Shown here in pieces: positions 14,257 through 21,312 of a stretch of 22,196 nt of DNA. The notes beneath the pieces were generated by a model, which had not been told where the DNA came from, did not search any database, and saw nothing but the letters and a program-made list of their open reading frames with translations. A program made the position numbers and the translations under genes. Source of the DNA: a virus. The stretch spans positions 1 to 22,196 of the IMG/VR virus record IMGVR_UViG_3300031578_000376; one strand, 5' to 3'. Positions within the stretch are counted from its first letter, which is position 1. Every line of letters starts with the position of its first letter.

Positions 14257-14708
14257 TGGCGACTGATCAGAACTTAGTAGAACTGAACGTCAAGGTAAAC
14301 GCGCTGGAATTCGTGATTATGTCAGGCCCAGTGTTGGCTGCTTGGCGACAGAGTCCTGGGTTTTCTAATATCGTCAAGGCATTCAAAAAGCTGCGTAAGG
14401 ATTGCATCGAGCTGCTGTCAAGCAGATACCTTGATGGTGAATGCGATAGTGCTGCTTTGCACGCTTTCTCCATTGCATTCGAAGAGGGCATGGAAGCGCT
14501 CATCGCCACAGAGGATTTTAGGGCGCTCGAAGAAGCAACTCCTGTCGTCAAGCAGTGCAAAACATGCTATTGGGGGCGATTCAAATCAGCTAGTTCCGAG
14601 TGGGGGACGTGTAACAAAAAGGCTCCCGCCACGGCGGCCTACGAAGGTGGTCCGATTTTTCCTGAGGTAAATCCTACGCAGGACTGCGGAGACTGGGCTC
14701 CGAAGTAG
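14256..14708 (+). CDS. hypothetical protein with a C-terminal Cys motif (150 aa)
   Basis: ATG overlaps the upstream stop (TGATG). The C-terminus reads CKTCYWGRF...WGTCNKK...DCGDWAPK. Confidence 0.7.
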   Translation: MATDQNLVELNVKVNALEFVIMSGPVLAAWRQSPGFSNIVKAFKKLRKDCIELLSSRYLDGECDSAALHAFSIAFEEGMEALIATEDFRALEEATPVVKQCKTCYWGRFKSASSEWGTCNKKAPATAAYEGGPIFPEVNPTQDCGDWAPK

Positions 14709-14994
14709 TTGATTGCTCCGGTGCAGATCTTTCCAGGTCTGGCGCCACCACAACGCAAGTCCCTCGAAGGGGCGGCGGATACAGCGTCCCTTCTATCGTG
14801 TCGGCCACCGTGACGAAGCAGGCTACGGCCTCTGTTTTGTCACACCCAGACTCTCGCAATAAGGCGTAGGCCTCCATGCACAAGTCCATGGCGCGACGCT
14901 GCGTCGGCTGATTGTACATCCTTGACCTGAATTGCAGGTTTAACCGAAGCGCCAATCCCGGAAGAGCTCGTTGGATGTCACTTATTGTAAACAT
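14674..14994 (-). CDS. hypothetical protein (106 aa)
   Basis: Last gene of the long minus-strand block. Its 3' end overlaps the convergent plus-strand gene by 35 nt. No recognisable domain. Confidence 0.55.
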   Translation of the reverse strand: MFTISDIQRALPGLALRLNLQFRSRMYNQPTQRRAMDLCMEAYALLRESGCDKTEAVACFVTVADTIEGTLYPPPLRGTCVVVAPDLERSAPEQSTTSEPSLRSPA

Positions 14995-15022
14995 GAACGA
15001 TCAACCTTGCGTATGTGACGGC

Positions 15023-15304
15023 TCACGCGACCGGCTCGTAAACTGTCACCACCGTTTCTTTTGGCGCCACCTCGATAAATTCGACGTCGGTGTACTCAAA
15101 TGGCGATTCGTCCTGATATTCAGTGGATCCCACTTGGTAATAAGTCCTGAACGTTTTTCCGTCGGACTCTCGTTGCACAACGGCCATGTGTGCCGTAGTC
15201 CATCGACTTTGATCAATTATCTCATGTGCAAGTAGCTTCCAGCCTTCTTCGTTGTCCTGCACAATGCGCCTGGCTGTCTCTTTATCCAACACTATTTTAG
15301 GCAT
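15023..15304 (-). CDS. hypothetical protein (93 aa)
   Basis: Compact ORF in the operon. No recognisable domain. Confidence 0.7.
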   Translation of the reverse strand: MPKIVLDKETARRIVQDNEEGWKLLAHEIIDQSRWTTAHMAVVQRESDGKTFRTYYQVGSTEYQDESPFEYTDVEFIEVAPKETVVTVYEPVA

Positions 15305-15316
15305 GAATCTCTCCAG

Positions 15317-15775
15317 TTATGTGCGATCGGCGAGTGTTTTAATGGCTTCCTGCAACGGTGTAAACAGCGGTTTAGGAAAGGCATTCCACGAAAACCAGTC
15401 CAGCGCAACACATTTATCGGGCTCTTTAACGATCGGAATTTGATTGGTGACAACCGCCATAAAAAACAAGGTTACCCAGGGGTCTGCGCCATCGATGAGC
15501 GTGCTGTTGTACGGCAGAGGCGTGAACATATCAGACGTCACGATCAAGCCCGTCTCTTCATACACTTCACGGTTGGCGGTATCTACGGGGTCTTCTCCGG
15601 GTTCGATGCGGCCTCCAGGAAGCGCCCAGGTGCCAGCCCCGTGAGCGCCGCAGCGCAGGCCTAAAAGTATTTTAATGTCTGATCTAGCAATGATATCCAT
15701 ATGCTCAATGCAGCCAACAGCCCCGTTGTCCAGCTGTACGATGAAAACGGCTACGCCGCAAGGTACACTCACCAT
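15317..15775 (-). CDS. Nudix hydrolase
   Basis: Complete Nudix box GGRIEPGEDPVDTANREVYEETGL (Gx5Ex7REUxEExGU). Strong SD AAGGAGGAG lies ahead of the ATG at 15775. Confidence 0.9.
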   Translation of the reverse strand: MVSVPCGVAVFIVQLDNGAVGCIEHMDIIARSDIKILLGLRCGAHGAGTWALPGGRIEPGEDPVDTANREVYEETGLIVTSDMFTPLPYNSTLIDGADPWVTLFFMAVVTNQIPIVKEPDKCVALDWFSWNAFPKPLFTPLQEAIKTLADRT

Positions 15776-15787
15776 CTCCTCCTTAGT

Positions 15788-16063
15788 CTACTTCGGCTCG
15801 TAATAGCGCGCCAGTCCGTATGAAATGACAGCCGAGGTTACCGTCGCTGCTATCATTGCAGCCGTCATGGCCGCTCGCTTGGTGTATACTTCCGCGACAA
15901 TGCTGTAAGACAGCCACGCTGCGCCGAAGCTGGTGATGACGCCCGACATTGTTGAAAATGCAATGACCATTCGGCCGTAACGCTTGCGCTGCTTTGCCCG
16001 CTCGGTGTCTTTCGATACCTGCGTTTTTGGATATCCATGGGGCGCATCCTGCATCGTCATCAT
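15788..16063 (-). CDS. small membrane protein (two predicted TM helices)
   Basis: Two hydrophobic stretches, MVIAFSTMSGVITSFGAAWLSYSIV and AAMTAAMIAATVTSAVISYGLA, follow a basic N-terminal segment. Confidence 0.65.
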   Translation of the reverse strand: MMTMQDAPHGYPKTQVSKDTERAKQRKRYGRMVIAFSTMSGVITSFGAAWLSYSIVAEVYTKRAAMTAAMIAATVTSAVISYGLARYYEPK

Positions 16064-16069
16064 ATGAGG

Positions 16070-16480
16070 CTAGCTAAAGTCAAATAGGCCATCAAACACG
16101 GAGCTTATCGCATGATCGTGCACTGTGTAAAGCTGTGGGTACTGCTCGCACAGCCAATCAATTAAATAGTCGACGTGGCAAAATTTATCAAGTGAGCAAT
16201 AGCACAACAAAACCAGACTGTCCTGGTCTCCCCTTTGTTCAATGCTTGCATGAATATGCTCTGGAATTTTATACAGCGCTGCTTTTCGCAAAAGTGCTAA
16301 GTAGCGCGCGTGATATTGCAGATTGGTCATGCTGCCTAGCTTGTGCCTACCGACAAGATCCCAGGTGGGTGCCAGGTGTTTATACAAGCCCTCGGCAGAC
16401 TTGGCCGTAACGTCCGCGCCGTGATCTCCAAAGTACGTTTTGATGCATCCGCGCAGCAGGCTAATCTGCATCGTCTTCAA
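16070..16480 (-). CDS. DUF488-like protein (tentative)
   Basis: LAPTWDLV...Y...Y...L followed by LVLLCYCSLDKFCHVDYLIDWL resembles the DUF488 signature (..LLC.C......CHR..la..l). Assigned by eye only. Confidence 0.45.
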   Translation of the reverse strand: MKTMQISLLRGCIKTYFGDHGADVTAKSAEGLYKHLAPTWDLVGRHKLGSMTNLQYHARYLALLRKAALYKIPEHIHASIEQRGDQDSLVLLCYCSLDKFCHVDYLIDWLCEQYPQLYTVHDHAISSVFDGLFDFS

Positions 16481-16952
16481 GCTCCATCGCGTCCGGGCCC
16501 TTCAAGTGGTCGAGCCACTTTTCGCGCTCCTGGTCGAGAGCCTTTTCGCGCTCTTGCTGCTCCTGAGCAAATTGGGCATCTTGGTCTTCTTTGCGCCACG
16601 TGCAGCCAGGATAGGGACACGGCTTTCCGTCCGGAAACTCTCTGCACATGGCGGGGCGCGTCTCGTATATCTTACAGTCGCCGTTTTTTGCCAGGTTCTT
16701 GCAAGTGTACAGCGACGTTGGCCCAGCATATTCATGCCCAGACACGGGGTTAATCTTGAATTCTCCTAAGTATTTAACCATGGACAAAATGACGGCGTTG
16801 TCTTCATACTCAACATAGTTTTCAGGCAGCGGCACGTTATATTTTTCATGGCGCACTTGTGCTTGCCGACTGCGCCACATGGCATCATACGGCACACTAA
16901 GATAAAACGCCTTGCAGCAATCGCCTGTGCATCTACTTTTGCCTTCACTCAC
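16461..16952 (-). CDS. YkgJ-family (UPF0153) Cys-cluster protein with an acidic or coiled C-terminal tail
   Basis: N-terminal CTGDCCKAF (CxxCC type) and CKNLAKNGDCKIYETRPAMCREFP, which matches the C..L...g.C.IYe.RP..CR.FP signature of the family. Confidence 0.75.
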   Translation of the reverse strand: MSEGKSRCTGDCCKAFYLSVPYDAMWRSRQAQVRHEKYNVPLPENYVEYEDNAVILSMVKYLGEFKINPVSGHEYAGPTSLYTCKNLAKNGDCKIYETRPAMCREFPDGKPCPYPGCTWRKEDQDAQFAQEQQEREKALDQEREKWLDHLKGPDAMELEDDAD

Positions 16953-16961
16953 GGCTTTCTC

Positions 16962-17171
16962 CTACGGCAGGTTGCTTGCCCCCAGACCGACAAGCCTCTC
17001 CAAAATAATGATGGTTATGGTATCTGATACTTTTGCGCTTCTTTGCCACCTTTGGCAGTGACTCATCGCCACCACGTGCCAACCGGGGATGTGCCCCTTG
17101 GCCTTGTCGATAGCTTCTTGGATTGCTGTCGCCTCTGTTGGGGCTTCCACAACGAGCTGTTCGTATCGCAT
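16962..17171 (-). CDS. hypothetical protein (69 aa; start trimmed relative to the track ORF)
   Basis: The ATG at 17171-17169 is preceded by GGAGGA with a 9-nt spacer. The track's GTG start at 17222 would overlap the upstream gene. Confidence 0.6.
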   Translation of the reverse strand: MRYEQLVVEAPTEATAIQEAIDKAKGHIPGWHVVAMSHCQRWQRSAKVSDTITIIILERLVGLGASNLP

Positions 17172-17176
17172 AGTCT

Positions 17177-17659
17177 TTATTCCTCCGAAAGGCCCAGGCC
17201 GCGCATGAACCCTTTGGGCCACAGCCGGGCTTTTGGGCTGCGCTCGCCCAGCATGCCGGCGGTCACCGCTTCGATGATTTCATCGCTGCCCAGCCTGTTT
17301 GTAAGTTCAGCGTACAAAGTTAATACCGCCTCGAGGCCTTCTGGGCGCTCATCGCGCAAGATGTCGCGGATCGACCGGCGACCCAGCGCCATGCATTGCT
17401 CCAGCCAGGCCATGCTGACAGTCTCGGGTGTATCAGCCACCTCAATGAAAGCCCACACCAGGAGCTTCCTGGCGTTCGCCAGGGCCATGTAAGACCTGCC
17501 CTGGCGTCTGAGCAGGTCGATGTGGGAAACGCGCGTGTAGGACGACACAGCAAGCACCAAAGCGGCCCATGCCCGGGTGGCTTCATGCAGATGCAATCTC
17601 GGTGGCGTCAGCCCTCCTGGTAGTAGCACGCTCATACAACACTCCAGCACGTAGCCCAT
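17177..17659 (-). CDS. hypothetical protein (160 aa; alternative start at 17635)
   Basis: First gene downstream of the AT-rich non-coding region. The ATG at 17635 has a better SD (GGAG, 6-nt spacer) than the ATG at 17659. No recognisable domain. Confidence 0.65.
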   Translation of the reverse strand: MGYVLECCMSVLLPGGLTPPRLHLHEATRAWAALVLAVSSYTRVSHIDLLRRQGRSYMALANARKLLVWAFIEVADTPETVSMAWLEQCMALGRRSIRDILRDERPEGLEAVLTLYAELTNRLGSDEIIEAVTAGMLGERSPKARLWPKGFMRGLGLSEE

Positions 17660-18073
17660 GTATAGGCACCACGCTCTTTCGCCTTCGCTGCGCGCTCAGG
17701 CGACCGATGCGACTTAACTATCTTCATAGATTATAATATGTCAATAGCCTATTAGGACTTATTAGGACCTAATAGGATATTAGCATAATAACCTAATAAC
17801 CTATTTACTCTCCATCACTAATAACCTATATGAATATGGTTTTTTAAAAAGTGGTAAATAGCGTATTTGAAAGTAGTTATAAAAATGCATACTTAGGAGG
17901 CTCTCGGGTTGACCAAAATCAAAATTTACAATTCATTTGCTTCCGTAGGATTAGGTAATGATTTCATAGTCTCTGTATTTAATTCCGCTTTGATTCCGAA
18001 AAAAGTAGGGTTTTGGGGAGTAAATAGGTTATTATCCTATTAGCCTAATAGGTTTTCAGCGAAAAAGTGCTGC
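17660..18073. promoter_or_regulatory. 414-bp AT-rich non-coding region with clustered CCTAWTAGG motifs and a 14-bp inverted repeat (candidate origin or control region, includes a promoter-like element)
   Basis: Base composition is visibly much more AT-rich than the flanks.
- Left motif cluster: CCTATTAGG 17748, cTTATTAGG 17758, CCTAATAGG 17768.
- Right motif cluster: CCTATTAGc 18036, CCTAATAGG 18044.
- TAATAACCTATTTA (17794-17807) is the perfect reverse complement of 18021-18034.
- The minus-sense TGCTAATAT (17777-17785) is identical to the element in module B. Confidence 0.6.
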
Positions 18074-21000
18074 CTATTTGCCACAGTTTGAAGTCTGCGA
18101 ACGAGGCATCGTTTTAAGAAACGATCGCGTCTGGGTGATGATCGACGACTCGTACGCCTTCAACCGGTCAGGATTTTGCGCGACGCGATCTAGATTGTCG
18201 ACATCCGCTATACTGTTCTGTACGGAGTACGACAACGTACAGGTGTGCTTAGCCCGTGTGACGGCTACGTACGCCAGCCTAAGCTCCTCATCTGGATTAT
18301 CAGACTTGGCGCACGGCAAATGACCCTGAACCACGTCCATCAAAAATATGTGGTCTGCTTGAAGTCCCTTGAACCTGTGCACGGTACTGAGGATCAACGC
18401 GTCTGCGCGGCTATCCTCGCCGACTTTCAACCCACTTTTGGCTGCTTGTTTGACCGCGACAGCCAGCCTGTCAATGTATTCTAAGAACTCGCCGACGTCG
18501 CGAAACATATCAGCCATGCGCGCCAAAAATGCCAGCATGGCGATCTTCGATTCGTCCATCGATAGCAGGCCTTCTTCCCGCCGCAGCTCAGCGACGTAAT
18601 CTGTGTCTTTTAGCACGCACAGGACCATGTCAGCGGGCGTTATCGCCTTGGCGTCGGTCTCACTCATGCTGGCCGCGCCAAGGCCGGCAGCCCGGCTTCG
18701 GGCAATCTCACAGGCCATCTCATTAAGCTTGACCAGTAGAGCATACAGGTCACGTATCGATCGGCGCTGCTTGTGGTTCAACTCGCGCTCGTTGTGCTTT
18801 ATGGCGTCGAGCAGTGAAATATTCATCGCGTTGGCGTCAGATGAGCACTGAGTCAAAAACATCTTTGAGATGTAGCGAAATGGCCTGTTGATGATGTGAT
18901 ACAGCCACTTGCCTTCTGGGTCGAGTCCAGCCGCAACGCGCAAGTAGCCTAAGATGTCTTTGACTTCCCTCGAATCGAAAATCGATCCCGAGGCCATCTT
19001 GATGTACTTAATGCGCTTGGCAATGCACGCGACTTCAGCCAAATCTAAAGCAACGCGTAGTCGCGATAGCACAACGCACGAACGCAGCCCGGAGCCATCG
19101 GCAGCCCGCGTCAGGCACTGATTGACGATGTCTTCGGCCTCCTCTTCAGCCGTCTTGTACACGTTGATGCAAACTGCGTCTTGTGGCGGCACGGATTCTA
19201 TTGCTGGAATGATGTGCCCAGTCAGGGCCCAGGGCTTTCCGGCTATAAGGGCTGAGCCAAAATCGCAGATGGTCTTGTTCGATCGATAGTTCAGCGGCAA
19301 CGATATGGTCTGTACGCCTGAGTCTTTAGCGTACTCCACAAATATCTTAGGGTCTGCAGCACGCCAGGCATAAATGGAATTGTGCGACGCAACGCCTGCC
19401 GCAAAAAAGTTTGTTGCCATGCTGATTTCCAAATCGCGCATGGCCTTGTTGCCACTAAACCGGGTAAGCTTGACGACGGGTCGCAAACGGCTGGGTCCCT
19501 CACCTGCTGTGTAAACGAGCATGGCCGGAACCAAGTGGCCCATAGGAATAGCACGGCATCCCTCTGCGCCATCGAGCATCGTTTCGACGCGGATGCGATA
19601 GTCTTCCAGGCGTACAGACAGCCTGCGTACAAGTTTTAATGCGATGCTGTAGGCGCCAGCGCCAGACTCCAAGTACTCGAGCACACGGCCAACCACAGAC
19701 CCTCGCGACAGCGAAGAGCGCACCTGCACCACGTCTTTGATACTCTCAGCAATTTCCCCGGTTAACAGTGGGGATACTACAGACACACTACTTTCGTGTT
19801 GCCTCTCATTAAATCCGCCGATGCAGACCTTGATGACAATCTCCTGCAGCGCGCCAGACACGGTGCGCAATAGTGGCCTTCGGATGTTAATGCCTCCCGC
19901 GATAAGGATTGATTCGAGCACAGCGCCCTCGTACTGCTCAATCTCAAACTGCGCTTGACTTCGGGTAGCATAAGCATTGAGCAGCCACACATCTCGGATG
20001 CTTTCGCCCGCAGGCAAAATGGGCGTAAAGGGCTGGCCAGGCTCAATGACGGCCAGCTTCCACTTTTCCCCATCGATGCGCACAAGCGCCGAATAAAACG
20101 CTCTGGATACGTCCGGCACTGTGGCAAATAATAAATGATCTACCGTGCCTGTTATACTTTGTTCATCCGGCAAATTAACAGTTGCATGGTATTTGCGAAT
20201 GACCGTCTTGGCATTGAGCACCAGAGCCGGTTGCATCACCCCCTTGACGCACGCGCCGACGTGCATGCCGGCTTGTACATCTCGAATGGCTACTTGCTGC
20301 CAACTTCCCGAGTCGTCCATCACGTTGATGGGCGTACTCAGATCTAAACACTGCTCAGGTTGGCCAGCAGCCATCAGCGAGTGGTGCATATCATCTCGGG
20401 CGGGTGGCTCTGGCAGAGACGTCACGTCTGGGATACACGATTCCATTCCCACCAAAAAGCGCGCCAGGTCCCACTGCACTGGCGTCGAGTCCTGCGCCTC
20501 GTCGATGATGACAACGGCCCACCGTTTTCGCCAGCGCTGGCGCGCTTCGACGTTCCCCAATAGGGTCAGCCAGGCCCATAGCTGCATGTCATCAAAATCA
20601 TAAAGGCCCGCTGTGCCCCGACTGCGCTCGAGTGCCAGGTAGACTGATAGCAAATGTTCCGGCTCCATGCCTGCTTTGGCCCACCACTTGGCCGCCCGCT
20701 TTTTGATGGCCGCTTCTGCGCGGATATTCAGGCCAAATGGGTCTGTGTGCACGTAGCACAGCCCGCTGGCTTTGCAGGCCTCGATGAAACGCACAACGCC
20801 TTCTAAGTCCACATCGTAGTCTCTCAGCTGCCCGGAGCGTCGCATGCCGGTAATGATCTTTTTCAGCTCCAAAAGCAAACGCCCCTTGTCGTCGAAGTGG
20901 CCATGCGAAAACAGATCTGTCTCGGTGGCCACAATCTGCCGGCTGAGCGAATGGATGGTGCCCACCCGGCAGCCTTGGATACCCAATGCGGCCAGCCGCT

Positions 21001-21220
21001 CAGTCATCTGATTGGCTGCGGCTCGGGTGAAGGTCATGGCCAGTATAAAGTCTGGGTCGAATCCATCGGCAACCAGCCGCGCAATGCGGCCGATGATGGT
21101 CCGCGTTTTTCCGGACCCTGGATTTCCCAGCACACACGACAGTCCGCTGCCGATATTTACAGCAGACAGTTGATGGGGGTTTAGTGATTCCAAGTACGCA
21201 TAAATGTCTTGCTGCGCCAT
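18074..21220 (-). CDS. UvrD/PcrA/Rep-like superfamily-1 helicase, interrupted by an intein
   Basis: Motif I LGNPGSGKTRT, motif II VVIIDEAQDS, and motif III split as GQPEQ|intein|SIYAWRAADP. C-terminal motifs include LSTVHRFKGLQADHIFL and LAYVAVTRAKH. The ATG at 21220 (GGAGA, 5-nt spacer) is preferred over the track's TTG at 21232. Confidence 0.9.
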   Translation of the reverse strand: MAQQDIYAYLESLNPHQLSAVNIGSGLSCVLGNPGSGKTRTIIGRIARLVADGFDPDFILAMTFTRAAANQMTERLAALGIQGCRVGTIHSLSRQIVATETDLFSHGHFDDKGRLLLELKKIITGMRRSGQLRDYDVDLEGVVRFIEACKASGLCYVHTDPFGLNIRAEAAIKKRAAKWWAKAGMEPEHLLSVYLALERSRGTAGLYDFDDMQLWAWLTLLGNVEARQRWRKRWAVVIIDEAQDSTPVQWDLARFLVGMESCIPDVTSLPEPPARDDMHHSLMAAGQPEQCLDLSTPINVMDDSGSWQQVAIRDVQAGMHVGACVKGVMQPALVLNAKTVIRKYHATVNLPDEQSITGTVDHLLFATVPDVSRAFYSALVRIDGEKWKLAVIEPGQPFTPILPAGESIRDVWLLNAYATRSQAQFEIEQYEGAVLESILIAGGINIRRPLLRTVSGALQEIVIKVCIGGFNERQHESSVSVVSPLLTGEIAESIKDVVQVRSSLSRGSVVGRVLEYLESGAGAYSIALKLVRRLSVRLEDYRIRVETMLDGAEGCRAIPMGHLVPAMLVYTAGEGPSRLRPVVKLTRFSGNKAMRDLEISMATNFFAAGVASHNSIYAWRAADPKIFVEYAKDSGVQTISLPLNYRSNKTICDFGSALIAGKPWALTGHIIPAIESVPPQDAVCINVYKTAEEEAEDIVNQCLTRAADGSGLRSCVVLSRLRVALDLAEVACIAKRIKYIKMASGSIFDSREVKDILGYLRVAAGLDPEGKWLYHIINRPFRYISKMFLTQCSSDANAMNISLLDAIKHNERELNHKQRRSIRDLYALLVKLNEMACEIARSRAAGLGAASMSETDAKAITPADMVLCVLKDTDYVAELRREEGLLSMDESKIAMLAFLARMADMFRDVGEFLEYIDRLAVAVKQAAKSGLKVGEDSRADALILSTVHRFKGLQADHIFLMDVVQGHLPCAKSDNPDEELRLAYVAVTRAKHTCTLSYSVQNSIADVDNLDRVAQNPDRLKAYESSIITQTRSFLKTMPRSQTSNCGK
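19379..20350 (-). mobile_element. intein (324 codons) inside helicase motif III
   Basis: Begins with Cys (CLDLSTPINV; TGT at 20350-20348) and has block B TGTVDHLLF (TxxH). It ends FFAAGVASHN (AAT at 19381-19379), followed by the +1 Ser of SIYAWRAADP. Excision restores a UvrD-like motif III and a helicase of ~728 aa. Confidence 0.85.
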
Positions 21221-21312
21221 ATGATTCTCCAAAAATTAGACGCACGTCTTGCGCCTGAGCCTGACGTGCAGGCCCCAATGTGCTTAAGCAAAGACGCGTT
21301 TATTCGATCTGA

